The notes beneath the pieces were generated by a model that saw nothing but the letters and a program-made list of their open reading frames with translations, searched no databases and was not told the DNA's origin. Below are positions 14,177 to 28,809 of a DNA stretch of 64,000 nucleotides, piece by piece. Location: NCBI GenBank assembly GCA_964016885.1, contig OZ024751.1, forward strand, positions 22,196,001 to 22,260,000. The letters run 5' to 3'. The position numbers and the translations under genes are program-made. Numbering within the stretch: position 1 is the stretch's first letter; each line of letters starts with the position of its first letter. Source of the DNA: Eledone cirrhosa (Eukaryota).

Positions 14177-14520
14177 TTAATGTTAGAGAAAACAATACCA
14201 AATATATTTAATGGCTTACAATTATTTCAAAAAGCATATCAGAATCCAGCACATACAGAAGAAAATTATCGATTATATAATCGATAAGAACAAATGATAA
14301 TACAAGGAAAGCATGATATGACCTCATCTTCAGAGCCGAAAATAAAATAAATATAAAATTCAAAAACACATGTCACTGAAGATAAGATTTTGATATGATT
14401 TTTGAAACAATTGTAAGCCATTAAATATACCTGTTCAAGAATTACCTGTTGTTTTATCTAACATTTAATTTTTATATTAATGCTCTGCTTATACACATTT
14501 TTGTTTGACATTATTTCTCT
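14172..14520 (+). mobile_element. PLE-type fold-back element with degenerate HHR
   Basis: Inverted arms (taatgttaga...tctaacattta; atttaatggcttacaatt / aattgtaagccattaaat). CTGAAGA at 14376, then GAAA-caattg-TA-agcc. Confidence 0.6.
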
Positions 14521-14526
14521 TGCTTA

Positions 14527-14720
14527 GGGCGGTGGATTGGCAGTATCGGTAGAGGGTCGGACACCATGCTTTGACGCATAGAGTTACGGCCCTTTCCAAT
14601 CTGAGTTCAAATCCCGCTGAGGTTAACTTTGCCATTCATCTTTACGGGGTCGATAAAATAAAGTACCAGTAATACACTGCGATAATTGCTGGCCTTGTGC
14701 CAAAAGTAGAAACAATTATT
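14527..14720 (+). mobile_element. tRNA-derived SINE with TSD
   Basis: Full consensus; attatttctcttgct is duplicated. Confidence 0.92.
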
Positions 14721-14850
14721 TCTCTTGCTAACTCATATTACTCGCTTGTCTTCATCTAATACGCATTGAGCACACTGCCACCCCCCTCACTTCTGGCATA
14801 TAATTCTCATAACTAATCACTTATTTCTCCTCTTCGATTAGTTTGTATAC

Positions 14851-14907
<57 letters not shown>

Positions 14908-15050
14908 TCGTTCTTTGAAAAAATATTCTTCTATTTTCAAAAGTAATTAAAAATATCTATTGTAAAACATCAAGTTTTTTAATTAACTTCGTTAAAAATG
15001 ACTTATGAAGTTAATGTACTTTCAAACTGTACATTATTAATATTATTATT

Positions 15051-15204
15051 ATGCTTTGACGCATAGAGTTACAGCCCTTGCCATTCTGAGTTTAAATCCC
15101 GCCGAGGTTAACTTTGCCTTTCATCCTTACGGGGTCGATAAAATAAAGTACCAGTAATGAACTGGGTAATTGCTGGCCTTGTGCCTGACGTAGAAACAAT
15201 TATT
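15051..15204 (+). mobile_element. 5'-truncated SINE
   Basis: Starts at atgctttgacgcatag and contains the core and tail. Confidence 0.88.
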
Positions 15205-15212
15205 GTATATGC

Positions 15213-15272
<60 letters not shown>

Positions 15273-15281
15273 GTATGCATG

Positions 15282-15405
<124 letters not shown>

Positions 15406-15624
15406 AAATTAAATTAAGGGTGTCATGTCAAAGAGACGTGCCATTTATAAGGTATCTATGTTTAAAGTTCTAGTTAAACTTTAATTAGTTACCTACCTAG
15501 CTGTGTGTGCTTACACACTTTTACAAATTATTCCCCGTGATTGTTTCATGTGTTTATTTTATATATATATATATATATATATATGTCAATCAATTTCTAG
15601 TTGATATATATATATATATATTTT

Positions 15625-15685
<61 letters not shown>

Positions 15686-16027
15686 GTATATATATGTATA
15701 TATATATATATATGTATGTATATATATGTATATATATGTATGTATATATATATATATGTATATATATGTATATATATATATATGTATGTATATATATGTA
15801 TATATATATATATGTATATATATATATGTATATATATATATATGTATGTATATATGTATATATATACATATATATATGTATGTATGTATATATGTATATA
15901 TATACATATATATATGTATGTATGTATATATGTATATATGTATGTGTATATATATATATATGTAAGTATATATATATATATATGTATGTGTATATATATG
16001 TACGTATATATATATGTATATATATAC

Positions 16028-16073
<46 letters not shown>

Positions 16074-16080
16074 GTATGTA

Positions 16081-16141
<61 letters not shown>

Positions 16142-16185
16142 ATATATATATGTGTATATATATGTGTATATATATACATATATCA

Positions 16186-16305
16186 AATAAGAGTAGTTAA
16201 GACGGGATTATTTCAACAAAATTGGTTTATTTATATGTATATATATATATACATATAAATAAAGCAATTTTGTTGAAATAATCTCGTCTTAACTACTCTT
16301 ATTTG
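16186..16305. repeat. Short fold-back element in (TA)n
   Basis: aaataagagtagttaagacgggattatttcaacaaaattg is mirrored by caattttgttgaaataatctcgtcttaactactcttattt. Confidence 0.8.
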
Positions 16306-16445
16306 ATTTATGTATATATATATACACATATATATACACATATATATACACATATATATACACATATATATACACATATATATACACATATATATATACA
16401 TATATATGCACACACACATATATATATAAATACATATATATACGC

Positions 16446-16501
<56 letters not shown>

Positions 16502-16604
16502 CCCCCCATATATACACACACCCGTTTATATTTGAAAATTATTTTTATTGTAAAATTAGGAATGAACAAATATTTTGTTTTAACCTATATATTTATATAA
16601 ATAA

Positions 16605-16693
<89 letters not shown>

Positions 16694-16759
16694 TATATAT
16701 ATAAATATATAAATATATGTATATATATATATATATATATATAAATATATAAATATATG

Positions 16760-16822
<63 letters not shown>

Positions 16823-17219
16823 CCAAACGCTCTGTCATGTCTTTAATCAATATACATATTTTTCTTTTCCTTCAATGCTTCCATAAACACGACAACAGCA
16901 TTGTAAGGTGTGTATTTTTAATTCAATCATTCCTCAATTATATTTTTTTCAATCTCTGAAATACGATTTCAATATTTCTCATTCGTATATCATATTCCAT
17001 CAATTCCTTTAGTATTCAACGCCATGTTCTTTAGGTGTCTGTTTAGTTAACCTTTATATACATAATGGTCAATTAAAGAATGGTTATGCCGCGAGGAAAA
17101 GAAATTAGGAGTTAATAACCTTTTATATTTATTTTCTCTTGTTAATTACGGGAGACAATCTTGGTCATATTTTGGTCTAATTCTTTATTTTCTCTCTTTT
17201 GATTTCTCTGCTTCCTCAG

Positions 17220-17231
17220 GGCGATCATCGG
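17220..17231 (+). CDS. Candidate 12-nt microexon GGCGATCATCGG
   Basis: Branch-like ctaat, a long pyrimidine tract, tctcTGCttcctcAG, and donor GTGAGT. Confidence 0.6.
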
Positions 17232-17247
17232 GTGAGTAATTTTGTAA

Positions 17248-17363
<116 letters not shown>

Positions 17364-17364
17364 T

Positions 17365-17788
17365 GTTATACTTTAGGAGGGTCATGTTGCCAATAAGAAA
17401 CACACGCACCAGTTGTTTTAAGAAAACATACAAACATAGAACAAACAACCAACCAGTAACATGTAAATAAACAAATAAATAAACAAATAAAAACACACAC
17501 AGACACCCGGATGTAACACATGCGTAAACTAAGCACACAACACACACACACAAACAAGATGGCGTAGGACAGAACAAAGGAGAGGCACAAAACAAAGAAA
17601 AGAATCCCCAGTCACTGAAGAGGCCACATAATGTGTGACAAAAGAACTTTGACAATATATGAACAACCATCCGGTTGTGGAACCAACCAGCCAACCGAAA
17701 ATTTATAAATAAAAAAAAAAAAAAAATTCATAAGAAACAACTGGTGCGTCTGTTTCTTATTGGCAACATGACCCTCCCAAAGTATAAC
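17365..17788 (+). mobile_element. Element with ~55-bp terminal inverted arms and internal degenerate HHR (family D); second copy 57021-57380
   Basis: gttatactttaggagggtcatgttgccaataagaaac... / ...gtttcttattggcaacatgaccctcccaaagtataac. Internal gtca-CTGAAGA...AAAA-gaac-TT-tgac at 17611-17653. Confidence 0.75.
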
Positions 17789-17984
17789 TATATATATATA
17801 TATATATATGACAGTCGATCGACTTTCGTCAAATGTTGTGAGTTCGATTCCCGAACCGGGTGATGTGTTATGTCCTTGAGCAAGACACTTTATTTCACGT
17901 TGCTCCTTCTACTATCTATTGTATTAGCAATTGGAAAGACCAATGGAAATATTGTTTCCTCGGTCCGATTTGACGAAAGTCGAT

Positions 17985-18056
<72 letters not shown>

Positions 18057-18463
18057 TCTCTCTCTCTATCTCATATATATATATAATCTTCCTGCTATAT
18101 CAAGCGTTAACCTAATATATCCCTTCCATATACTGTACCGATTGTATATATATATGTATATATATATATATGCCCAAATGATATATAGTATATATCTATT
18201 ATATCTATGATGTTGAAAATAATAACTGGACTTCTAAATATAAAATAAAATGTAAATATGATATAAATGTTAACTGTAACCATGTCAACCAAAATGGTGT
18301 GGGAGGTTTTATTCACTAGTTATTTCAGTACAGTACACACACACACTCACACACATGCACACACGAATACACACACACACGAATACACACATACACACAC
18401 ACACACACACAAACTCTCTGTCTCGCACTCACATGCACATATATACAAGCCGCCATATATATA

Positions 18464-18542
18464 TTGGGTCGTCAAATATGAAATTTGTAGAAACATTAAC
18501 AAACTTTGTTTTTTTCTACAAATTTCATACTTGACGACCCAA
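18464..18542. mobile_element. 79-bp mariner-type mini-MITE (Made1-like architecture)
   Basis: TA-ttgggtcgtcaaatatgaaatttgtagaaa...tttctacaaatttcatacttgacgacccaa-TA. Confidence 0.85.
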
Positions 18543-18827
18543 TATTTAAATGAGAGTTTTGGTTTTTTGGTTAAAGATTTCGACTCAATATATCAATATT
18601 ATTATTTTGTCTTTGTTTAAATCACAAATGAAAATCTACTGACATATTTAATAGCTAGATTAATTGTTTTGCCTAATGAAATGAAGAAAAGAGAAACATA
18701 TATATTTTATATGAAGATTTTCTGTAAATAAAAATAAAAATAAAACCCCAAACAACCAAAATTGAAAAGGTAAAAAAAAAAACCATACAGATTTCTAATT
18801 AAATATAATTTATAATTAAGTATTCTA

Positions 18828-18985
18828 GGTACGAACTGACTGATTCATTAGAACATCGGATAGATCTTCTTGTGGCATTCGATCCGGTTCGTTGCTCTCT
18901 CTGAGTTCAAATCCCAGCGAGCTCAACTTTGCCTTTTATCCTTTCAAAGTCGATAAAAAGTACCAGTCTAATACTGAGGTCGATT
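18828..18985 (+). mobile_element. Diverged SINE
   Basis: gagttcaaatccc B box and gccttttatcctttcaaagtcgataaaaagtaccag core. Confidence 0.75.
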
Positions 18986-19115
18986 TCTCCTTCCTCTCTC
19001 ACTCACTCGCTCTCTCATTCCCACACCCACTCATTCTCTCTCTCTCGAAAGAATCGATTGTGTTTAAATATGTCCAAGACCTGCCATATGTCCAGTCCAG
19101 TCTAGTATTGGGGTC

Positions 19116-19182
<67 letters not shown>

Positions 19183-19183
19183 C

Positions 19184-19218
<35 letters not shown>

Positions 19219-19539
19219 ACCCCCTCTCTCTTTCTTTCTCTGAAAGAAATATGTTGTGTTCAGACTTTGAGAGAGGAGATGGAGATGGGTTTCGCCAAGT
19301 TTAATACCGCCCCCCCCCCCCACACTCCACCATAAAAAAGCCGCTGTATGTCAGTACGGCGCTCCTACGACACCACCAGGAGTTACGAGTTAAAATAAGG
19401 GAAAACAATATAACCTATCAAAATAATGAGACATTGGAACAAAATGAGTTTCATATAATATTTTCTCTGCCATCTGATCATAAATGATACCTGCTTTGTG
19501 TCATGTAGCAAATATAGTTTAGGAATATGTAAAGGGTTC

Positions 19540-19970
19540 TTAACTTTTAATGGAGTGATGAACGGCAAAGTTGACCTTGGCGGGATTTGAACTCACAACG
19601 TAAAGAACCAGAACAAATACTGATAAAAATTTGTCCAACGCTTTCACTCTTTGAATCCACCAACTTCCTAAACCAATTAATGGTTTCTAATTTAGACACC
19701 AGGTGAACAATTTTGGACTCCAGTGTGTTACAGGTACTTTATTTTATCGAGCACGTAAGGATGAAAGGTAGAGCTAATCTCGACGGATTTTGAACTTAGA
19801 ACATAAAGGGCCGTTACTCTCTGCCGCGAAGCATGTTGTCCAACGTTCTACCAATACTGCCAATCGAAATGACTTGACACAAGGTCAGGAATTTTAGGAA
19901 GAGAAAATCGATTATATCGGTCCCCCAGTACTTGACTGGTATTTTATTTTATCGATCTCTGAAGGACGAA
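19540..19970 (-). mobile_element. Cluster of three diverged minus-strand SINE fragments
   Basis: Reverse-complement motifs ggcaaagttgaccttggcgggatttgaac, ggtactttattttatcga and gactggtattttattttatcga. Confidence 0.7.
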
Positions 19971-20368
19971 TGGGTAGAATTTATCTATATCATATAAATA
20001 CATAAATAAATTGTATGAAATCACTGAATTTTCACGAGAGCCTTACACATCGACTGAGGCGAGAATTGGACATAAGTTTATAATACGAACAAACAAAAAC
20101 TATATTTAGTTTAATGTTAAAAATGCCGACGAGAACTATTTGCTTGTTTAGCATTGAATATAAGTGTTTTCCCAAGAGGAAATATAATTAGTTAATTATG
20201 GTTATTCAACAGCTTTGCTAAAAGGTATCTGAGCCACTTACAGAAATCTCAAAGGATAAACAAAATTTCTTTGATATTTCGCTTAAAGATCAAGATTAAT
20301 GTGAAAACAAACAACAAAACAACAAAAGAATTAATACCAAGTACTATTTAGAATGAAGAAGAAAAATA

Positions 20369-20607
<239 letters not shown>

Positions 20608-20822
20608 ATTAGTTTGATTTCAAACACAATTAGTTGATTAGCAGAATATTATTGTGGAATTGAGTCTCCATAGAATAGGGTTGATGCCATCTGAGAATAC
20701 GTGAACACTTGTAATATTTTGTCCTCTTATTAATAATTTAATAAAACACTTTGTCAATCAATACCAAATATAGCACTAGTTGGGTTTCATGACATCTCCA
20801 CTTTAAATCTATCGTTACCGTA

Positions 20823-21048
20823 CCTCTAATGCATTGTGTGCAAATGATTTTAAAAAATAATCAAGAATTTTGAGAGAATTAGTAATCTAACTTTCTCATC
20901 ATTAACCATATATTTTACCATATTTTCAATATGGTAAAATATATTTCTTCTTCTTCTTCTTCTTCTTCTTCTTCTTCTTCTTCTTCTTCTTCTTCTTCTT
21001 CTTCTTCTTCTTCTTCTTCTTCTTCTTCTTCTTCTTCTTCTTCTTCTT
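20823..21048 (+). repeat. Dispersed repeat abutting (CTT)n; reverse copy at 41213-41370
   Basis: ctaactttctcatcattaaccatatattttaccatattttcaatatggtaaaatatattt(ctt)n is the reverse complement of the sequence after (gaa)n at 41261. Confidence 0.75.
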
Positions 21049-21339
21049 CCTGGCCGGGTATTGGATCCCCAAGCGAGACAAGTCGAGCTCATGAGCCAAT
21101 CGTTCTCATTGGGTTAGAGGATATCTTTTTTGTTCTCACAAATCTTTTTTGTTCTCACAAATAACAGTTTATTTCATAACGAGAGCGACAGGAGAACATC
21201 TGTACTCATAATTAGATTCAGTAATTCATTTCTTATATACTGCCTGATGTTGTTTAGCTCCAAGTGGTCTTTAATAGAGACTGGCCAGCCATGACTATCC
21301 CATCTATTATGCATGGTGTATCTCAGATTTACATTATTC

Positions 21340-21453
<114 letters not shown>

Positions 21454-21764
21454 CTCTTTATATGTTTAGCAATGATAAATCAATATTTATTTGGAAAATA
21501 TCGTCAAATATGTCTATTTGTTTTGTTCACCTTCAAATAATTTTCCCACCAACATTTCCGCGAGAAATCCATAAGAAGGAAATTTCAGAATTTAGAACAA
21601 AAACAAAAAAATGTTTTATTTAGAAACGCCTATTTTCTCTGATTGTCTGTCTTACTGTCTGTCTGTCGGTTTGTCTGTCTATCTATCTATCTATCTATCT
21701 AATGTAAACTTCCCCCTTTGTATTTGTCCCCTTCTTTTGTGCCCCTGTGGCTAATAAAGAAATA

Positions 21765-21837
<73 letters not shown>

Positions 21838-21949
21838 GTCTGTCTGCCTGTCTGTTGTATGCTAACATATCCGCCATGACAGATACAATGATCTTTGCTA
21901 TGATAATATCAAGGTTTGTGAACTGTTTGTTTAAATATATTAATAAACG

Positions 21950-22073
<124 letters not shown>

Positions 22074-22605
22074 ACTAGAGAGTGAAAGAGAGAGATAGAG
22101 AACGAAATACTTTATCAATGATAATGTCGCTTGGAATTACGGCAGATGTCTTAGTATGGTATCATTAAAACAAAACAAAACAAAACAAAACAAAACAAAG
22201 CAAAATAAAAATAAAACAAGACAATTTCTATCATCTCTTTGGCTAGACGGCAAATCTTCATCTACAACGTTTGGCCTTTCTATGAAATATAAATATCATT
22301 GACTATAAGGTAAGCAAAGGAAAATAATAACTGTGATAAATTGTTATTCTTAGAAACTTCCCTGAACTGCTGTTTATTTCTTGTGATAGCAATGATTTCT
22401 AATTGAGGCACAAGGCCAGCAATTTGAGGAGAGAGAGAGAGAGAGAGAGAGAAGGAGAGGATAAATTAAAACGATATCTCCCCCAGCATGTCACTCTTAC
22501 TTAATGTTCTCGACTTAAATTTTTCTCCTTTATTGGCCACAAGGGAACGTGACGTGTATAGACTACAAAATTTTATATATAAAAAAAAGATACAAAACAT
22601 ATAGG

Positions 22606-22658
<53 letters not shown>

Positions 22659-22667
22659 ACGCACACG

Positions 22668-22705
<38 letters not shown>

Positions 22706-22729
22706 CATATATATATATATATATATGTG

Positions 22730-22930
22730 TGAAGGCGCATGGCTTAGTGGTTAGAGCATTGGGCTTTCAATCAAAAGGTCTCGGACCGGGTGATGTGTTG
22801 TTTTCTTGAGCAAGACACTTTATTTCACGTTGCTCCAGTTTGCTCAGATGTAGAAATTAGATGAAGAGGTACCGGCCTGCCCGTAAACCAGCGGGATGGC
22901 GTTATCTTATGGCTAAAACAGCGGCGCCGA
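22730..22930 (+). mobile_element. CORE-type tRNA SINE; relatives at 17835-17905 (+) and 33030-33182 (-)
   Basis: A box tggcttagtggttagagc; CORE-like ttcttgagcaagacactttatttcacgttgctccag. Confidence 0.75.
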
Positions 22931-23227
22931 ATGGACGCCCGACAGACTGGTCAGTCAAGGTGATCAAGGTGATATATATATATATATATATATATATACT
23001 TAAGGTAAACATTGATGCAATTCAATACGTATATATATATATATATATAGAGGATAACAAGGTATCGTTTAAGGTAATCTAGCTAGAGGTTGTGAGTACT
23101 CTCTATCGAGCATAGTTTTAACGTATGGCGATGTTTGACTCAACAAGAAGTTTCCTTAGTATAAACTAAATAAACCCTATTGTACAGCCGACCCTGTTAT
23201 TCTTCTTTTACTGTATACATGTATATA

Positions 23228-23410
23228 TGTATTGATAAGAATGATGGAGTTTCGTTTACTAGTTCACGAAACTTCATCGTTCTTATTAATATATATACTT
23301 TGCTTGTGCACAGAGTGTTTGTTTTGGTTCACCACAAGTAATTCACTGAATCACCCACATTATATATATATATATATATATAGGAACGAGTAGGACCCCG
23401 ACGGCTGAGC
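23228..23410 (+). mobile_element. Fold-back mini-element with tail
   Basis: tattgataagaatgatggagtttcgt / acgaaacttcatcgttcttattaata, followed by a unique tail and then (TA)n. Confidence 0.55.
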
Positions 23411-23711
23411 TCAAGCCGTTTCGACGGCTAATTCTGAGTCCAGAATTAGCCGTCGAAACGGCTTGAGCTCAGCCGTCGGGGTCCTACTCGTTCCTATTAC
23501 CCACTCTACTACCCTAAGTATTGAGTACTTTGGTGCGTTATGGTCCATCTGGTTGCTTACCACATTTCCTTCGTTATATATATATATATAACGAAGGAAA
23601 TGTGGTAAGCAACCAGATGGACCATAACGCACCAAAGTATTATATATATATATATAACGAAAGAAATGTGGTAAGCAACCAGATGGACCATAACGCACCA
23701 AAGTACTCAAT
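23383..23711 (+). mobile_element. Family A copy plus two inverted duplicates of its 3' tail
   Basis: 23383-23575 is a full copy. 23590-23639 and 23656-23711 are reverse complements of its tail, separated by TA runs. Confidence 0.85.
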
Positions 23712-23855
23712 ATATATATATATGATTCCAGTTCCTAAGAGCAATAACAACACTACCAGGAGCTGGACATATCGATGGATTGACGGAGTAAAACACACTT
23801 CAACAACATCTGTACCTGTCCTTCCCACACCTATATATATATATGAAAATATTTA

Positions 23856-24043
23856 GGGCCCCGACGGCTGAGCTCCGGCCGTTTCGACAGCTAGATCCGA
23901 ACAGTTCGGATCTAGCTGTCGAAACGACCGGAGCTCAGCCGTCGGGGTCCTGACTCCTTTCATATTACCCATTCTACTAGCCTAAGTATCGAGTACTCTG
24001 GTGCGTTATGGTCCACCTGGTATCTTACCACACTTTCTTTGTT
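23856..24043 (+). mobile_element. Family A variant subfamily, fold-back
   Basis: ccccgacggctgagctccggccgtttcgacagctagatccgaac-a-gttcggatctagctgtcgaaacgaccggagctcagccgtcgggg, with the shared tail. Confidence 0.8.
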
Positions 24044-24311
24044 ATATATATAATATATATATAGGAGGAAGTTGTAGTTCACTTGAAGCATTGTGTAATG
24101 AGGTATAAACGTTTGTAGTTGTAAGGCCAAAACAATGCAGGTATGGATATAGAATATAAATGCAAATGCAAAAGATATTGTTGACAATTAGTTTTTTACC
24201 TTAAATTTATTTAAATATCCTTAATTTTCGAGATAATATCTCTTCTTCGGAGGGAAGTAAAGTGGTTAATCCAGCGTTCTAAATAGCTTGCCAAGTCATG
24301 CTGACTTGGCA

Positions 24312-24350
<39 letters not shown>

Positions 24351-24615
24351 GTATATATATATATGTATATATATATTTGTATATATATGTATATATATAT
24401 ATATATATGTGTATATATATATATGTATATATATGTATATATATATATATATATATATGTATATACAGTTTTTTCCGTTGTGTTGTAATATAAATATTAC
24501 ACACAGTAGATTATCAGCTCACGTAGAGTTTGCTCGACGGTTCCAGTTGTAGTTCCAAAAGTAATCCGGAGAAAAATAGAAAGATTTGAATGGATACAGT
24601 TTAGTTGAAAGGAAT

Positions 24616-24732
24616 TTATTGACACGTGTTTCTATAACAGTTACATAACCTAAAACAGCTATCTACAAACTTTTAGTTATGCAGACATTCAATATTTCAA
24701 TGTTATTGTTTACTGTCATTTCATCAGAATAA
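24616..24732 (-). ncRNA. Type-I hammerhead ribozyme in the PLE 3' region
   Basis: ttatt-CTGATGA-(a)atgacagt...actgttat(a)-GAAA-cacgtg-TC-aataa: stem I 5 bp, long stem II, palindromic stem III. Confidence 0.75.
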
Positions 24733-25323
24733 TATTACTGAGGACCTATTTAGTTTTTATAGAGAATATTAGGAGGAAGGGGTGAAGTTGTTAGAAGAAT
24801 AGTTGAAGGAGTGGTTTTTCGATAGCAGTGAGAATTCTTGGTGGCAGTGATTAATTAGATTCCCATCTGTTGTTTTGACATTTTTTATAGAATATATTAT
24901 TGGTTATTTTTCTAAATCTATAGAAGGATTAGAGATAGTAAAGATATGCGTGGTTGGTTTTGTGTTTGCACTTAACATTCAGACTTAAATTTTTCTTTCA
25001 AGTGTACGTATTCTTTCACCCACGCATTCACACACAAATATATTTGCACACCTCTACAAAATACATATACTCACAATTCACATATTCATACTTACATATA
25101 TATACACATGCATACACATATATATACACACATGTATTCATGTACATACATACGCGCTCATGTGTATACATTTTCATACTCAACTTATCTTTATATATAC
25201 ACACGTATAGACACACACATATATACATACATACTCTAGTCATGTGTACACACATACACATACATACACATCCATATACACATACATACATACACATATA
25301 TATATATACATATATACATATAC

Positions 25324-25354
<31 letters not shown>

Positions 25355-25377
25355 CACATACATATATACACACATAT

Positions 25378-25414
<37 letters not shown>

Positions 25415-25683
25415 AGCACTTTAATACATGAATACACTTACATCTAACTATACACATCAAACATATATATATATTTACTTATTTATATACATTTTCACAT
25501 ATATATACATACTTATGGACGTTTTTAGACACATTCATTATCGCATATTTGTACCTATTCTCATCAGCATATCTTTTCATTATTAGTATGGTAATTTAAG
25601 GTTATTAATATATGTTGAGAAGAGATTGTTTTTATATTTTTCTAACTAGATTAAGGTTTATATAGTTGGGGGATGTCCCTCTT

Positions 25684-27004
25684 TTATGTAATATTCTGCT
25701 TGTAGTGGGAAAAAAGGGTTTTAGTTCTGTGACGGCAGAATAATGTTCGTTCAATTCTGTTATTCAGCAGTTTCTTCTTGTGTGTGATTATGTAATAAAT
25801 CTCAAGATTGCACAATTTGCAGAAATTTTGGCTCCTGGAAAAGCTCTGGGTTTTAGCTAATTTTTCCCATTTTAGGGTAAACTTTTGATTGCTATCCCTG
25901 AGCGTCCAAGCTTTTTCTGCTAAAGTTGTTACATTTCTTTGGCTCTGGTGTTTTATTGAGTAAGAATGCCTATACAATCGAGATTTAAACGATGTTGCCG
26001 TTGATCCCACGTAATACCACTCGTTGCCTCCGGATTTAATGGTACACTTATAAATAATATTTTTTTCCAGGCAGTTATTGCCGAGGGGGCAGTTGTCAGG
26101 ATAGGTGCAGTTACAGTTGTGTACGTTGGGTTTTCTCTGGAGTAGTATTGCGGACGAACTTAGGTGTGGTTTATTTATGTTCTGTAGTGTATTGTCTACT
26201 GTTTTTTTGGGGTTCTTTGTACTTAAGTTCTTAGTGTTTTCGTTTAACCTTCTAGTATTGATCTTTTTTATGTGTTGTTCAAGGTTTAACGCTGTAGAGT
26301 ATGACAGTCTTATAGTGGTAGGGTTTAGGATTTTGTGGTATTTGTGTGATGTGGGAAAATGTCTTTTAATTATTTTAAAGAAGAGTACTGGTAAATTTGT
26401 ACTAATGGAGCTATTGTATTCGGGGTTATACCATAAGTACTCTTTGCATCGCTTTCTATTAGTTTTGTTTGTTGGTTTACTGGTGTGCATACTATGGTAG
26501 TAAGTGTGGTTTGGTGTTGTGTTATTATATCTACCTATGTGGGATTTATTTTGGGTGTTTTGATTGTTCCCATCTATGTACTCTATTTTGTTGAGGTAGC
26601 CTGCTTTACTAAGGGCGTTATCGTAGTACTCGGCGTGTTCCTTAAATACTTGTATGTTAGAAGATAGACCCGAGATTCTAAGGGAAATATTTTTAGGGAT
26701 AGATTTAATTATAGAGATGGGGTGGTTAGACCCAACATTTACGTATTTGAGATTTTCATTCAATTTATGAAACGGTTTAATCAAACCAGAGTTTAAATTG
26801 AGTGTGACATCCAGGAAGTTAACTACTTTAAGGTTGTATTCATATGTTATAGTTAGTCCTATTTCGAGTAGTAGTTTTCTTATATCTTTGCGTAGTTTTT
26901 CTAGTTTTTGGTTATTAAGGTTTTTAGCTAGGAGGAGAACATCGTCGCGGTATATTCCGCCGTGGAGATTGCTGAATTTTTCCTGGAGTCTAAAGGCGAT
27001 AAAA
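25684..27004 (-). CDS. PLE polyprotein C-terminal ~440 aa: RT palm/thumb, Cys linker, GIY-YIG endonuclease (truncated)
   Basis: IYRDD catalytic motif, VNFLDVTL, SNHP, CNCxxxxxCPLxxxC linker, IIYKC...YYVGSTATSFKSRLYRH, and CKLC...CRH. The first ~107 aa of the listed ORF are antisense read-through from the inverted arm. Confidence 0.92.
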
Positions 27005-27745
27005 CCCGAATACAATAGCTCCATTAGTACAAATTTACCAGTACTCTTCTTTAAAATAATTAAAAGACATTTTCCCACATCACACAAATACCACAAAATC
27101 CTAAACCCTACCACTATAAGACTGTCATACTCTACAGCGTTAAACCTTGAACAACACATAAAAAAGATCAATACTAGAAGGTTAAACGAAAACACTAAGA
27201 ACTTAAGTACAAAGAACCCCAAAAAAACAGTAGACAATACACTACAGAACATAAATAAACCACACCTAAGTTCGTCCGCAATACTACTCCAGAGAAAACC
27301 CAACGTACACAACTGTAACTGCACCTATCCTGACAACTGCCCCCTCGGCAATAACTGCCTGGAAAAAAATATTATTTATAAGTGTACCATTAAATCCGGA
27401 GGCAACGAGTGGTATTACGTGGGATCAACGGCAACATCGTTTAAATCTCGATTGTATAGGCATTCTTACTCAATAAAACACCAGAGCCAAAGAAATGTAA
27501 CAACTTTAGCAGAAAAAGCTTGGACGCTCAGGGATAGCAATCAAAAGTTTACCCTAAAATGGGAAAAATTAGCTAAAACCCAGAGCTTTTCCAGGAGCCA
27601 AAATTTCTGCAAATTGTGCAATCTTGAGATTTATTACATAATCACACACAAGAAGAAACTGCTGAATAACAGAATTGAACGAACATTATTCTGCCGTCAC
27701 AGAACTAAAACCCTTTTTTCCCACTACAAGCAGAATATTACATAA
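27005..27745 (+). pseudogene. Inverted duplicate of the PLE thumb/GIY-YIG coding segment
   Basis: The peptide from PEYNSSISTNL to HYKQNIT is identical to the minus-strand ORF. Confidence 0.9.
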
Positions 27746-28014
27746 AAGAGGGACATCCCCCAACTATATAAACCTTAATCTAGTTAGAAAAATATAAAAA
27801 CAATCTCTTCTCAACATATATTAATAACCTTAAATTACCATACTAATAATGAAAAGATATGCTGATGAGAATAGGTACAAATATGCGATAATGAATGTGT
27901 CTAAAAACGTCCATAAGTATGTATATATATGTGAAAATGTATATAAATAAGTAAATATATATATATGTTTGATGTGTATAGTTAGATGTAAGTGTATTCA
28001 TGTATTAAAGTGCT

Positions 28015-28047
<33 letters not shown>

Positions 28048-28070
28048 ATATGTGTGTATATATGTATGTG

Positions 28071-28101
<31 letters not shown>

Positions 28102-28692
28102 GTATATGTATATATGTATATATATATATGTGTATGTATGTATGTGTATATGGATGTGTATGTATGTGTATGTGTGTACACATGACTAGAGTATGTATGT
28201 ATATATGTGTGTGTCTATACGTGTGTATATATAAAGATAAGTTGAGTATGAAAATGTATACACATGAGCGCGTATGTATGTACATGAATACATGTGTGTA
28301 TATATATGTGTATGCATGTGTATATATATGTAAGTATGAATATGTGAATTGTGAGTATATGTATTTTGTAGAGGTGTGCAAATATATTTGTGTGTGAATG
28401 CGTGGGTGAAAGAATACGTACACTTGAAAGAAAAATTTAAGTCTGAATGTTAAGTGCAAACACAAAACCAACCACGCATATCTTTACTATCTCTAATCCT
28501 TCTATAGATTTAGAAAAATAACCAATAATATATTCTATAAAAAATGTCAAAACAACAGATGGGAATCTAATTAATCACTGCCACCAAGAATTCTCACTGC
28601 TATCGAAAAACCACTCCTTCAACTATTCTTCTAACAACTTCACCCCTTCCTCCTAATATTCTCTATAAAAACTAAATAGGTCCTCAGTAATA

Positions 28693-28809
28693 TTATTCTG
28701 ATGAAATGACAGTAAACAATAACATTGAAATATTGAATGTCTGCATAACTAAAAGTTTGTAGATAGCTGTTTTAGGTTATGTAACTGTTATAGAAACACG
28801 TGTCAATAA
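28693..28809 (+). ncRNA. Mirror copy of the PLE hammerhead
   Basis: Same motif on the plus strand; GUC cleavage triplet at 28802-28804. Confidence 0.75.

Noticed and set aside
22247-22309. 63-nt AG...GTAAGC candidate exon
   Set aside because: Stops in all three frames and a weak acceptor.
27005-27324. Hydrophobic N-terminus of the 546-aa ORF, and the 131-aa ORF at 26105-26500
   Set aside because: Antisense reading of the PLE coding sequence created by the inversion.
28698-28741. Short HHR fold using GAAA at 28727
   Set aside because: Stem I does not pair; the fold using GAAA at 28793 satisfies all stems.
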